A DNA stretch of 63,278 nucleotides, filler included, from Choristocarpus tenellus KU-1152 (lineage: Eukaryota; Protista; Phaeophyceae), in assembly GCA_964200185.2 (NCBI GenBank). It is 9 parts of 9 records of this genome, joined end to end, with 100 filler letters (N's around TTAATTAATTAA, not from the genome) between each part and the next. Parts side by side here need not be neighbours in the genome. Positions count along the whole stretch, not along the records: positions 21,797 to 28,478 come from CAXNAD020007575.1; positions 28,579 to 32,167 come from CAXNAD020019086.1; positions 32,268 to 36,278 come from CAXNAD020016680.1; positions 36,379 to 39,963 come from CAXNAD020019104.1; 5 more parts are not named here. One strand, 5' to 3'. Of this stretch, positions 25,811 to 39,942 are shown in pieces. Numbering within the stretch: position 1 is the stretch's first letter; each line of letters opens with the position of its first letter. Made by a program: the position numbers and the translations under genes. Under the pieces are notes generated by a model that did no database searches, was not told where the DNA came from, and was given only the letters and a program-made list of their open reading frames with translations.

Positions 25811-27411
25811 AAGTCACACCTCACCATTTCAGACCAGTCATTCTACAGATCTTTTTGGCCGCATTTTCGATGTCCAATACCTTTGTACCTTTGCGTTACG
25901 TCCATTACAACAGTGCACTTGAATATGCACTCCTAACAAAATTAGGACATGTACCAGAAAGCTATGAGCACGCCATTTTGGGTCCGTGTCACACTTTAGA
26001 CTCAGCCCTTTTTTGTGTATGAGGATCCCATCATACACGAAAAAAATAGAGGAATCCTTAGATAATGGCAACGAAATGTCTGCCATGGATCATGGGTTGT
26101 ACTCTAACGCCTAACCCCTTCCATTATTGCTGTCCGCTAAACCTCCTGTTGCAGAGGTCACAAAAGTAACAAGCATCATGGCCCTGCCGTTCGGGAATGT
26201 CCAGGGCATTCATGGACTACAGGAGTTCAGCGACAAAACACGCGTGGACCAAGAAACTGCGGTTGCTAAGCTCCAAGCCCAGCGTGGAGGCAATGTTATT
26301 ACATGCACCGTGCTGGGCAATAATCATGACCCGGATCGCCTCCAACTCCTGGTAAATAATCTCTCAGAGTTGTGCAATTTTGCACTCTCAAAAACACCGG
26401 TGGAGGATGAGGAAAACACTTTTGTGGATAGTACAGAACTCCAAGTCTGATTGTGACAAAAGGGAAGGAGAGATATCCGTCTCTAATCCGACAGAAGATG
26501 AGAGGGGCGGGAGACACTCTAGGGGTATGCGGCGCCCTACCCCAAACTCATAGACTGGTGGGAGAAGGGCGATGAGTGCCGATACCAACATGTCCATGAG
26601 TTGAAGTAGAGTCTTCATTGTTTCCGATTGAGCTTGAAGTACGGTTAGTTTTAGTTTTGTTCCGTTAGAAACTCTGTTATTTGGATCGTCTCCAACTCAT
26701 GTGTGTTCATGTGACTTGGATCTGACGGCTTACGCCTTTTCACATTGGTGTTGAATCTATGTGGAGCAGTCAGATGTGTCAGTTCACATGAGATACGATA
26801 CTTCAGGCTATTGTTTTATCTGACTAGAGTAAAGTGTATCAAAGCCAATGCAAGAACTGCCAAAATATTATATTTTGAGTGAAAGTATCTTAGAGGGTAC
26901 GAGTTTTGCCCTGTTTGTCCATTTGGGACTTGGCTTTCCACGTTTTTTTTAATCACATTTTCATACTCCAAAATGTTTAGGAGGAGGCAAAATGTATACG
27001 ATATGAAAAGGTGTGTCCAAAACATAGATGTTGACACTTCGTATCAAACAAAATAACCAAAATTACATCAAAATCGTAACATTGGATTTTGACCCCCAAA
27101 TGGACGCGGCGCTACCCTCTAAGATAATTTGACTCTTTATAGCCCACTCTTTTCGTTCCGTTCAGACAAGTTTCCAAAGCACTTCGACAATGCATGCCTT
27201 CAATACTCTCCCTTATTAACGGCCACTTCTTATTCTCTATTTCGTAACCAACACTCACCATACTAACCTTCCTGCATTCAACAAACCTAGCACCATACTT
27301 CAACTCATCCACAACTCTGTACAATCTCTTCTTCGAACGTAACTGGCAACTAGCTATAACCATGTCGTTAACCCAGGGCTCCAGCTAAATAATGAGATTC
27401 ACTTTCCTAAC
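25811..27411 (+). mobile_element. Unclassified dispersed repeat, copy 2 (probably extends upstream towards about 24050)
   Basis: Homologous to copy 1 in two blocks, with YPKLIDWWEKGDECRYQHVHELK*. The middle (26087-26535) is unrelated to copy 1. Confidence 0.7.
26877..27135. mobile_element. MITE family A nested in unclassified repeat copy 2
   Basis: Both TIRs present; the empty homologous site is in copy 1 near 19520-19535. Confidence 0.92.
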
Positions 27412-29143
27412 GGTTTTCTTGGTTCTATCAAATAAAAGGTGTTTGTAAGCATCCCTTGAATGGCAACTGCTATGATGATATCTCCATGGAAGACGTATTG
27501 GCAATTCATCTTCAGTCATCAAATGTGCGTGTTGGCACCCTTAATTTCTTTTTAAGCTGCATGTTTTTTGTAGTTTATTGTTTAAACTACAATATTTCCT
27601 TATTTCTAGAGTAGTAAAGGTTACTAGTAACGATGTTGACATCAGCTGAAGGTGGGTACCAACTTTGCCCTGCCCTATAAGTGTGAACAAGGATAAAAAA
27701 TGTACTCAAAGAATTCTGCTCGAGAGTAAGCTCCTTATCCTTCCATAGAGAAAAGTACTCCATTTAAAATTACACCTCTTCTCCATCACACTGCATCCAG
27801 TGAGAACAATAAGCGGTTTCCTCCGAAATCTAAACTATGCCAAACACCTGATGATCTAATTTTGTGAGAATGGAGAGGGTGTCTGACTACCTATGGTGTG
27901 CCCTTCGTACTTTCACACAAAGCTTGAAATGTATATCGTGGCATACCAAAACAGAAGAATTACTTCCGCATCCACAATATGGTTTCCCAAGAAAACGATT
28001 TACTCCTAACCCTCCCAGTATCGCCTCAGCTGTTGTTTCGTGCTCTCAACATGCTCGACTCAAACAGAGAAGTAGATATGACGTCCATTGAGGGGCATGG
28101 TAGGGCGGTTGGTGTTGCCTCCCTCGCTCACCTGGTAAAATAAGTTTAACATTTCAAACATGGAGTAAAAGTACCACAATACGTCACAAGTTTGATCAAG
28201 AAAAGCATAATTCGTGGTTGGTTCTACCGCCTGAAAGTAGATGGTGCGTGGAGAAAGGTACTCTATGCTTTACACCATCACACCAGCAAAAGATATTCGT
28301 AGATAGTGCTGCTGATACACTATAGACACCACAGGTGGATTATGTGATAGGGTAGAGAGCCATTGACAGATATATTATATGTACTGACTCATAGTGTTGA
28401 TTGGTTATATCATGTTCAAGATACACTTCCTATACTTAAGATAAGTAAATAAGTAATTCATAGTAAATTAGTGTGGACNNNNNNNNNNNNNNNNNNNNNN
28501 NNNNNNNNNNNNNNNNNNNNNNTTAATTAATTAANNNNNNNNNNNNNNNNNNNNNNNNNNNNNNNNNNNNNNNNNNNNCCCAGGTACTTTGAGCGATAGT
28601 AATTGAGGTATTGTGTACAATTTTCCCCACCTTGATGAGGCGTATGATATGATAAAACATATAAATGTAAAATACTTTAAAATGATGATAATATATGCTC
28701 CTTGCAAATTCTTTTTCCCCTGCTTAGACGGGATGTGTAGCACGCCAGATCCACGACTCCATGGGGCCCGGAAAGCTGATAGTCCTTTGTCAGCAAATCC
28801 CAAACCAGAGACTATAGATGGTGAGTTGTGTCATATCTAAATCTAACCCCAACCCTAAGCCTAATCCTAGCCCTAGCCCTGGCCCTGGCTCTGGAATGTG
28901 TTTTCTTCACTGTACTGCTATTGCTTTCAATGCATAGGAACCCAACAAAAGTCTCTTTCGAACAGTTGTAAACTCTTTTTATGTGGGATTGATGCGGTGA
29001 GTCATGCCAAGGTAAGATCTACTCCAACGTTCCACCAAGAGGAAGACGGAGGGGTTTCTGAAAACGTTATGAATAGCAACACCATTTAAGCCAATGGGAT
29101 AAACAAACGGTAGCCTGTACACTGAGTTGAGCCAATAGGATGC

Positions 29144-29174
<31 letters not shown>

Positions 29175-32100
29175 CTGACCAAGAAGATCCCCTACCTGCT
29201 CACCCAGTCTCAGAGGTACAACTGCTCTTCATACTATCCCCAGTGTATATTTTATCCTTGACATCCAAAATGCGGAAATGGGTCCTCTCCCGCGTCAGCG
29301 CAACATTCCACAGGCTCAACTTTCAAGTGCTTTGGAGAACAGGGATACCTTGGAGTCCGCTTCGATTTAAATGATGACAAGAACATTGAGGCTGGCGAAG
29401 GCAACGGAGGCAGGGATTTATCAGGATGGAAAAAACCCTCGCAACATTCATCACTGCCTGTCGAGGTGAGGTCACCACACCCTCTTCTGGGGTACACCCT
29501 TCTTACGGAAAATTTGTTTCTACACCACTACACGATTGGTGCATTACAAGAGTGCCCCTACTGATGACCTTGTTCAGAGTTATCCATCCATAAGCCCACT
29601 TGCGATGGCGAAATCTGGTCGTATGCATTGCCGTCAACTTACTAGTGTGGACATACACTTTTGTGTCAAAGCCAGCTTTTCTAGTAGGTCACGAAACGGC
29701 AAGAGAACTCTGATGTGAAGTGTGGAAAGACAAGCTGTACGATTACACTTGCGATGAATAATCCCCCTTAACGCACATGGCACACACACACACAAAGTCT
29801 GAACATACATCCATTCCATCTTACCAGCTCCATGCAAAAAAGCCCCAGCCGAAGACCATACTTCTCAACAGAGGAGAGGTAGCGCGCGGAGCTGTTCGGG
29901 ACGTGACAAACGGAAGGCAAGCATTATGATTTTTTCATATTTTGCGGATGATACTCATCACAAGGTGTTCTTCCTAACCTCACGTGCCCCAAAATCACAT
30001 TTTTTTTAATTCTGCATTGTTGCACGGTACCTGATAGATATTTTCATGCTGTAGACCCCCCCCCCCCCCCCCCCCCCCTCTCCATTTTTTTTTTTTTTTT
30101 TTTTTTTTTCTGTTTTTATTTTTCTTTTTTTTTTTTTTNNNNNNNNNNTACCTGATAGATATTTTCATGCTGTAGACCCCCCCCCCCCACCCTCCCTACC
30201 TCAATTCTTCCGTAGAATGTATGATTTTGCGTTTTTAATTATATTCTTATTTTGAACTTTTTCATAACGCCTTTTCTGCAGAAAAACCTGAATGTAGCAG
30301 TACGGAAGGGTACGGTACATCAAACCGATATAAAGAAATAAAAAATAGAACTAGAAGGAAAAAAAGCGGACATATTGAGATATGTTCAGCCCAGTCAAGG
30401 TTTGTAGGCCCTCAGCAGTTCAACGAGGAGAACGTTATGGATATCTACAACACCATGCTTGACAACATTCTTAAACCTCAGCCCTTGCTGAGATACTTGG
30501 TGGTGATATTTCCTCCTATCCTTTCTTTTCAAAGGCATCACACTATTAAGAGTGTTCAAATTCCATTTTGTTTTCCTTGGGTTGATGATACAAAAATAGT
30601 AGTCCCCTTCTATGTCAGAGTCACTGTCCACTCCAGTTAAAGCAGGGTTGGCATCTAAATTTGTTGAATGAACCCAAGTCTGAAGGGCTAATCTTGACCC
30701 ATGACATACTTCATAGTTTCCGCACAGTGCTCTGGTTTGCCACAGATAAGAAATCTATGATGAGTGCAATAAGAAAGTCCCCCTTCTAAACAATTCTTGT
30801 TTAATGTCCTGCTAGAGCTCCACGTGCCTTGTCTCAGGAAACAAAAGAGTTCGACCATCACCGGCCAAAAAAACTCCTGTGTACCTTTTTCAGGTACCAA
30901 CGCAGTAGGTGATATAGAGCATGACAGCAGCCAAGGAGGATTGATCCCTTCAAGAAGTAAAATACATAAATTTGGAAGTTGCAAGCAAGGGCATTGGATC
31001 AGTGAAGTGCAGGAACGCACACATACACAGAGGGAGATGCTACTTGCAAAACATGTACATTGGGGTACTGCACAGTACAGGGCATTGCAGAACCAAGTAT
31101 CTGATGCATGTACATATTGACCATCTTTTTGCTCTCGGGAGATTTAGCATTGGAAAGCCACAATTAGATTAACTTGTATCGTTTGCTGTCATGGATGGTG
31201 TTTGGAGTCCACTTCCTCCACGACATTCTGCTGTGTGTTTTCGTGTTTTTGTTTGTGCCAATGACATGGTTACTACATCATACGAAGCCTGACTATTTCT
31301 GGGGACGACATTTCTAACACATACAAAGTGTAGCATAATTCGGGAACGTTCCTGATGGTTGCAGCAATGAACATTGGGTATATAGAGTAGTGACCAGTCC
31401 ATGTCAAAAGGGTGCTATCGACCATCCACATGTTTCTGCAGCCATGCCTGTGTGCGCAAAGGTCACACTTCAGCTACTGGATCAGAGCAAGTGTAGTATT
31501 TTGCTGGACCACTGGGACTCATGGTGTATCACTTAGCACAACTGCTGCTCAGGAGTACTTTGGAGCATCGCTGACTATTCACAGAGGAACTGAGGTGTAT
31601 GATCGAAGTGGCCTTTAACAAAAGAGGTACTTTTGATACCACTCCGGCACACTGTACTCCTATTTTCAAAGTACATAGGGGTACAATGTCCAGCGCAATG
31701 TGAAAACATACCTCAAGACCACTCCTAACCAAATCACTGTGAGTGCTCTCCATGTAGGACGGAGTGCCTGGTGCTTCTATGCACTCACAAATACTTGCTC
31801 TGGAGTGAAGTTCTTATCAAACCTGCCGACCTGCGTGTGCGCACATCAGGGACTATTGTATCAAGCAAGAACCGAGGCACTTTCACTAGAAATCCAATAC
31901 AAAACAGCTTTTACTGGTGAACCCTAACAAGGCTTTAGGACGAAAATTACCTACCCCCTAATGCCCCCAAACCTTTCAGTACCTTTAAGCTAACCCCGAC
32001 TCTTCAATGTGTCCCCACAACCTTCACTACCTCTAGCACTATGCCTTTCCAACCCAAGTACTGAGTCACAGTAGCCAAGGTGTTGTAGTTAGTGTTAAGC

Positions 32101-32302
32101 TGTCCTTGACGATCTGTTGTCCCACACAACCAGTTATATTATTGTTTATTCGCTTGTATCACAGTTGNNNNNNNNNNNNNNNNNNNNNNNNNNNNNNNNN
32201 NNNNNNNNNNNTTAATTAATTAANNNNNNNNNNNNNNNNNNNNNNNNNNNNNNNNNNNNNNNNNNNNCCCCCAAGTGGGCATGGATCACAACTTCAACTC
32301 AC

Positions 32303-33675
32303 CAGTGCTTGGGAAACAACAGGAGTAATGCGACGGTGGAGTTGGGGATTGTCTTGGGGCATCACATCAGTTCTTAAGGATAGAAATTAGAAATTAGGAA
32401 TTAGAAAACCCAGAATATAAAAAATAAACAAAAAAACAAGGAAAAAAAACAGCACAGGAATGAGAACGCAATATCTTCCCTCCAAAATCAGTCAGTGTCT
32501 TGGCTCTCAAACCACCAAAACTCTCTCTCCCCCTCCCCTCCCATGTTTCTTTTTTGAAAGACAACCAAAAATAATTAAATAAAAAGCAACAATACTCGAC
32601 ACTACAACCAAAAGGCATGATAGGGTTTACACCAAGAAAATTGCTTACACTCCCATCATCTTAAGCAGTAGGGGAAAAACCTCCAGGAAGGATACCCAAG
32701 GACATGACTCTAAGTAAATGTATGTATTTAGAGCAAAGTATGTACTTGATATACACTACTAACTAGCATTCTCTGATACTAGAGACAAAAACACCGTCAA
32801 AAAGACAAGGATAAAATAAAGATAAAATAAGGATACAATAAACTCCACATGCCAACACAACCCAAGCCGTGAAAGAAGTAAATCCTTCATATTGTCCAGG
32901 ATCTATTTATGCTCACAAGAACGGGATGATCGATCCACTCATCACACTCCAGCCGTCCGACGTTCTCAAAGGCATTGGCAGTCCAGTCCACATTCCACCC
33001 TGTATCATTACAACATACATCAGAAGCCACTTGGTCAACAAATGTCTTGTGTTCCTAATCACTAGTGGGTACTAGTGTTTGCTCAAACACACACACACAC
33101 ACACACAATACACAAGTGTCTGTTTTAGTTCGAGTGCCAGGTAGTTGCTGTCCTTGCATTCCCCCTTATGAAATTTTGTCCACGCCTAACCCCAAGAGTG
33201 ATGAGATGAGACTGATTATCTCCATATGGATGTACTGTAAGAGAATGATAGATTCATTCATTTCTTGGAGATTTGAGACATCACATAGATAGTGCAGCGA
33301 CAATCACTGTTTTTATAGGGTGTTACATAAAGTAAAGGTATGAGGGTCTCTTGACAGACATAAATTGACACAGTAGTATTAGTATCTTATCATGGGGCAG
33401 AGTAAGCTCATTGCATGACAGTAACAGCAACCCATTGCAGTGAATCTACGAGCAACTGTAATGTTACCTATTCAGAGTGCCAGTTGACTCTCTTCCTCTC
33501 TCTCACAACCAACAGCGATAGCTATTCACCAAGCTCACACAATGTGGTCTACCACCTCTAACAAGGGACAGCACATTTCCTGGGAGATAGGAAAGTGGGC
33601 AAGGAAAGTGGGCAATGTCTTGTTCCACTCTTTCCGAATTACTTTTCCATCCCCCATCACCGCTTTGAGCGTGGA

Positions 33676-33714
<39 letters not shown>

Positions 33715-35626
33715 GCCCCCCTTCCCCCCCCGCCGTCACACACCCCCACAAAAAAAAAAAAAAAAACCAAACAANNNNNNNNNNTGGCTTTTTCCACTCT
33801 TTCCAAATTCCTTTTCCACCCCCCCCCCCCCTTTTGAGCGGGGACCCCCCCCCCCCCTCCCCCCTCAGCCACCCTCTAGAGGGGACTCTTGCAGACATGG
33901 TGATTACAACACGCAACATAAAAATACTAAATAGCCTATACTGTATAGACTTGAGTTCAAAGAAGATGTATCTCAATGCCTTATCTGTTCATTGAACTGA
34001 ATGCTGAATGCTCATAAATGTGGGCGGTTGACACACAAACTATCCCACACTACAACCAGAGCATTAGTCTTTTTGTTTATTGTAACATGAAATGTGTCAT
34101 ACCCTAGAGCACATGCACACATCTATCTCATAGGATGTAAGCACTATCACACCGGCGGTGATATTTGCATAGAATGTGTCATGTATTTACAAACTCTTCA
34201 TTCATTTCAAACGCCTGTGAAATTCTTTAACAGAAAAGGATATTAAGACACAAAGAGGGGATGAGAAGGATAGGCAGAGTATGATGACATAGATGACATA
34301 GAGTATGATGACAAAAAAATAATGAGATATCTATATTTGTCACTGTACCACCTTCTTCCATACACACAATTAATGTTCAATAATACATTCAAAAAGGAGC
34401 AATATATATCAGGAGATAACATTGACCAATGGGATGACCCCGTTCTATTTCACTCCATGTTGTATCTTAATTTTTTCCTTTTAGCCCCTGGAATGATCAA
34501 AATTTCTTTCCCCCATTAGCTAATCCCCTCAAAAAAACACCCCTGAAATGCTGCCTCTTTTACAACTTTAAAGCACAGTACAATTACTTGATCTGAGCTT
34601 TTAGAACCTATTTTTATTTATCTTGAACCAAAAAATACTGAGTACTAGAGATAGAATACTTTCTACTACGGAGGCGTTATTGTATTACATAGAACAATTG
34701 CTGAAGGAATACAGCCATGTATGTAGCTTCGCATGATCAGGCGAGGAACACCATAGTGCTAACTACTCAATACAAAAGGCCCACCTCAACAGGTCATGCA
34801 CTAGACATAAAAAAACTGATTGTGCTACTAGTGAAGGCCCTTGGCAAACCTCTATTTCAATGGATCATTACTAGTGTATCCCTCTCTTGACATCAAAACA
34901 ACTCCATAAACCAACTAACACAAGCACTCCAAGCAGGTACATTATAGTACGTACATTATAGTACATACATTACAATAGATACACACCTTTTTGACACCCC
35001 TTTGTGCTATTCAAATACAATACGTACGATTTGATTGGGTAATCTTCGAACAGAAAAATCAATTACTAAATAATAATAAAATTTTCACAGCTTCTTGAAA
35101 ATGAAGAAATATTCAGATATACACAGCGCATGGTATGCAAATGTCCTACTGACATGGATGTATACATACACATATGCATTTACATATTGTCCACAACCAT
35201 ACACTGCTGTATACTACCATATCAAGGGAGTCGTAGGCCACAAGAAACTACCTACGCCAAAAGAGACAAAAAGAGAGCATCATGAAGTCACGCAGGAGGG
35301 AGTATGTGGGCAGGACCTTCTACAAGAGGAAGAGTCGATGTTCTTTACGGATCTTGGAAACAAACCCCCTAACCCTAACACTCATTTAGCTGTGGAAAAT
35401 GGTACTACAATGATGTTATCCCCTTAGGCATGATTACACTTCTCAATGGGTGCAAACAGTTTCATGCAGAACAAATCAAGCTACTTACGATTTAACAGTT
35501 TCAAGTGTTACAAACACGCCACACTCCCTCTCACATACGCCTGAAACCTATATACAAAACCTCTCTACCTGTGTCCGTCACCATGTTACATACCCGGACA
35601 TCCTCCTGTCGAAGGGTAAACAAGTT
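32303..35626 (-). CDS. Unidentified multi-exon gene (partial; exon chain ambiguous)
   Basis: AG/GT-bounded open exons: 35626-35594 NLFTLRQEDVR, 35319-35256 KVLPTYSLLRDFMMLSFCLFW, about 33054-32916 (two open frames) and 32372-32303 TDVMPQDNPQLHRRITPVVSQAL. No family recognised. Confidence 0.35.
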
Positions 35627-36403
35627 CTGGTTCAGATGTGGAAGGGTAGAAACTATCTTCTTCGCTTATTACTTTCCAATCGTGATTTGAACAACCACAA
35701 TAAAAAAAAAAAAAGACTGCTGATAATCTCATTTAAAAAAAAAATCACACTATCTCACTGCGTCAGTGTGCGCGCGCGCGCACGTGCGTGTAAGGCACGT
35801 TGAAAAGTGGAAGTGCATCCAATTGGCTCAAGTCACACACACGGGCTTGTTCTATTGGTCGAAAACGTTGCTCCTTGTACCGCTTCCGCCTACATCCCAA
35901 CCGAATCGTTACCAAAACAAAAATAATAATACAATAATCTCAGCAATGTTGTTCATTTTATTTATTTTGGTGTGCAGGTTGGAAAAAACAACTCTTGGGG
36001 GGAAGTCACACATTGATAGACCAACAGACACATGCCCTTGCCCTCACCACTCCCCACCAATTCAACACTGGAGGACATCACCTCCCCTGCCACACACACA
36101 CACACACACAAAACATGTCAAGTGCATGCCCAAGCCGGGAAGACCCATCTCATACTGGAGACCCATACCCCCTACAATATTGCTGTATTAATGCTGTACA
36201 CATGTAATTTTCCTTCCCCCCCCCCCCCCCCCCCCCCCCACCCCTCCCCCTTCAGCTCTCCACACTCACCCCCTCACCNNNNNNNNNNNNNNNNNNNNNN
36301 NNNNNNNNNNNNNNNNNNNNNNTTAATTAATTAANNNNNNNNNNNNNNNNNNNNNNNNNNNNNNNNNNNNNNNNNNNNCCCCCCTTCCATCTTTCCCCTT
36401 GTC

Positions 36404-39400
36404 CTACTCTCCCGAATCCTCGTGGAACCACTTCAATACCATACTCTGCACTGTGTCGAGCTGAGCATCCTCTCTCTCCTCTTCTGCAGGCGTGGGAGCA
36501 GTGGGAGGAACCCCTGCCTCAAGGTCCTCTGGCACCTCTGCCCCTAACGTAGGGTCTTCTTCGGAGGTGGCAGAGGGTGAGGAAAGGTCCATCTCGCAAG
36601 TGGTGTTTACTGTTTGGAGCTGAGCCTTGGGGCTAGACTTTCTTGACCTCCGGGAAATGAGCTGTGGGGCAAAAGTACACTCCACGTGTTCAGCCTCCTT
36701 GGCCCTCTGAGACACGGATATGTGTATGCCGGGGGGGGTTGGGGAGAGCAAGAGCACCAAACACATGTAATTAACTTGAGATTTTTTTTTTAATGTTATC
36801 ATCATCATCGTCGTTACTCCAACTTTGCTGTGAATGGCATTACCCGAGTGACATGGTCATGACGCCCATGTCTTGAGTCGAGAGTAATCCACACGATGTG
36901 GTGGGAAGTTTAAGCTATGGATATGGGCGTTCGCCAGTCAGTTAAACATAATACCTTTCTAAATTGTAGTGTTGGAGAGCACTACAGAGCACCACAGGCT
37001 ACAATGTGTGTCCTGAAGAACAACCTGAGAAGGTTATGATCGCTTGGCGTTATCTATAATAAGCACTGTGCAATATTCTGACGATGTTGTTAAGGCTATC
37101 CGTTTTCTTCAGCTCATAACAAATCGCTTTGGTGTGCACAAAAAAGCAGCTTGAAACGAAACAGCCTCCTTCACTTGCACCATATTCAAAGTACTCACCA
37201 AAGCTTGGGCGGCGTGTTGTTTCTGTGAATCCTTGTGCAGACTCTCAAACACAGGGCCATCCCTCTCCTTCAACATGGCTCGCCCAGCCTTTGTTTTCTG
37301 GGACATCAACTTCGGTGTAAAGCTGCACTCAGCAAGAGTATCCTGTACCAACGAGGAGAGAAATGCCTCCCGAGGATTAGTAGATGAAGTGGATAATGGA
37401 GGCAGATGCATGGAAGGAGGTAGAAGATGTATTCAGTGATTGCGTAGAATGCTTTGGTCTCACCTCGACTATGCTGCCCTTCATAAGTAGAAGAATAAAG
37501 GAACTTGAGGAAATGCTTTTTACTGTTATTTGCCCTATAACTATTCTTTTCTCCCCCCTTATCCTATCTGGGACCAGAAAAAACACAAGATGTATGTACC
37601 GAGTACATTTGTACAATCAAGGTATTGCCAGTCCAGCTTTTACTCATTGCTTGATGTTCTGCTCAGTCCCCTCCGCAAAGCAACAAAGATGCACAGACAG
37701 TTCTCAGAATTAGAATTGACAGGAAGGAGGCGAAGTCAACAAGAAGTACCCAGGGTTAGGGAGTTTTTCATTTTAAGCCACCTCTTTTTTTATCTTCAGT
37801 GATTCACTCATATTTCTATGGAAGAAGCACTAAAATTGGTTTGAGAGCGTTGATTTCTCTATTGTTTGAACATTTTCAACAGAATATTGAAAATTCCCTA
37901 CACGTATTTGTACAAAAGGACTAAATTTGCACCTTTTTTTCAGCATCCATAAAATACAACCCTGGGTACCTCTCGCTTCCTTTGACTCTAGGCTAGGTGC
38001 CAGGGAGAGTTAAACTCACCTGGCGAACTCTTTGCCTTGCCACCTCAATTTCATCCCTCCTAGAATATAGGCTCGCAAAGAGTTCACCTTCACGCTCCTT
38101 CGCCTTGATTGCACTGTGTAAATTCAGAAAGGATCGCCGAGATAGATCTTTTATGCACTTTTTCAGTGCACTTACAATGGGAATGAGGGAGTCGGGAAAC
38201 GTACTACTACAAGTAAAGCATCAGGACTTGCTCGACATCAGTAGGGAACAAGCTCACAGCAGAGTGGAATGAGGTAGAGATGGAGGGAGGGGTGGGGTCA
38301 AGGGGAATCGCACCTCTTTGCTGTTGGGGATGTATCTGGTTGGAAAGTGCACAGCATCACTTCCTCATCCTCCAGTCGGTTGGCGATTGCTTTGGTCGAG
38401 TCATGGGGGGATCTGGCCCGATAGACCTGCGAGAATTAGGTCGGCACTTCATTAGTAGTACTGTGTAGTAGTGTTGGCTGTCTGACACTCTAGGAAACAA
38501 TAGTATGGTGTGCGAAGAAAGTGAGAGCTCTCTAGTGGCCATCACTTTGTTGTGAAGCTTGCCTGTGGCTAATTTGATAGTGCTCTCCAGATATTGTATC
38601 AGTATAGGTTATACTCATTTTAGTGTGCCAGATTGGTAGATTAGTAGCACCGAGCAAAAATAGGAGTATGAAGAAAAGTGTATACCAAAAGCTTTGTTGG
38701 ATCCAATTCATCAATGGTTTGTCCCGTGTATTGAGGGCAAGCTAGATATTCACCACCAAAAAACTCGACATCAGATTAGAAGGAACAATTTGCACACCAA
38801 GCCGGCATCAACAATAGAACAAAATGTGATTGTCATACCTGCTTTTCCTTCCCCTCTAGGTACATAGCGTTTAGGCGGTCCAGTCCCACGTCGCTGTTAC
38901 CTTTACTCTGACGAGACATCAGTTGGGGCTGAAAGGTGCACTCAGGATCCTGCTTTGCATGAGGATGTGTTGAGGGGGTGATTAAGGACATAAGCAGCTA
39001 GGTTGAGAAAAATACTATTTCAGAATGTACAAGGAAAGTGCAAAACGATTTCTATGGCAGTTAATCTGAATGAGGACAATTCATGGAGGTGGATGGCAGC
39101 AGTGACATACCGATTTCTATGCCGAGCCATACACATGGCAAGATGGACATAGACACAGGGTTCTTCGTGTGTTATGGAGCCCTTTGACAGACATAGTGAT
39201 GACGAAGACTCACCCAAAAACAGATTCTTACAGGCACACCTCCCACACCTACCTTAGCATAAGGTACTTTGAAGAAAAAATGTAATATGTTGATGTGCTT
39301 TGGAGCACTACAAATTGATTCCAGATGGTAAGAGATGGACGTGGGAGAGATTGAGATGCTAGTATTACTCCAAATCTTGCTTTGTCAGTGGCTGTGACAT

Positions 39401-39663
39401 GAGGATAGCTCCCTCTAATTATGAGGTTGTCAAATGGCTCGTCATGGTGATTGTGTTGGGATCGTAAGTTATAGATCATTTTAAAGGGAACTTGACTATT
39501 CACTCACATGACTCTCCTTTTTGATCACAGCACTAGGTGTCCTCTGGAACAGGCGCTCATACACAGGCACATTCTTTTCGTTCTCAGTAGGTGGAGAGGT
39601 CTTTGACTTTGCCACAAGCCTTGGGCTGAACGTGCACTCCCTCATCTTCTCAGCTGCCAATTC
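36404..39663 (-). CDS. Protein with repeated (E)C(T/S)FxP motifs, probably cytoskeletal/microtubule-associated; 5'-partial
   Basis: In-phase exons 39663-39508, 38949-38839, 38426-38314, 38113-38020, 37342-37199 and 36706-36404. Motifs ECTFSPRL, ECTFQPQL, LCTFQPDT, ECSFTPKL and ECTFAPQL, with VYERL/VFESL helices. Confidence 0.8.
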
Positions 39664-39764
39664 CTGTGAACAAATCACAACAGTAGGGTGGTGCAGCAGG
39701 ATTGATTCGGCATGGACTAAAAAAATTAGCATTTGGGCAGGTGGGGTACAAAATTTTGTGTGAA

Positions 39765-39942
39765 GGCCCAAAGTATCTGGGGGGGGGGGCGGCCGTGCAT
39801 TTGGGGTGATTTTATTTATGTCGTGTTTTTTGTATGATTTGGTTGCATACGTCGGAGGATAATGTAAAAGCACTTCTCCTGATTTTGGTCCAAATGGACA
39901 CCCTGGTGTAGACCCCTCCCCCCCCCCCAGATACCTTGGGTC
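39765..39942. mobile_element. MITE family B (about 178 bp)
   Basis: TIRs GGCCCAAAGTATCTGGGGGG / CCCCCCAGATACCTTGGGTC. Confidence 0.88.

Noticed and set aside
19232-27411. Giant inverted-repeat structure enclosing the Copia (composite or DIRS/Polinton-like element)
   Set aside because: The two arms lie on different contigs joined by an artificial spacer, so orientation and adjacency are unsupported, and the arms are considerably diverged.
29190-29900. Possible minus-strand exons (RVLLPFRDLLEKLAL..., SARYLSSVEKYGL...)
   Set aside because: I could not join them in frame without stops; unsupported as a gene.
30028-30200. Local duplication around poly-C/poly-T and 10 Ns
   Set aside because: Typical low-quality read tails at a homopolymer; assembly artefact.
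30395-31930. Possible Sola or Helitron transposase remnant
   Set aside because: No recognisable catalytic motif in the frames I could read.
33600-33885. Proline/glycine-rich ORFs and duplicated segment
   Set aside because: Poly-C sequencing artefact around a 10-N gap.
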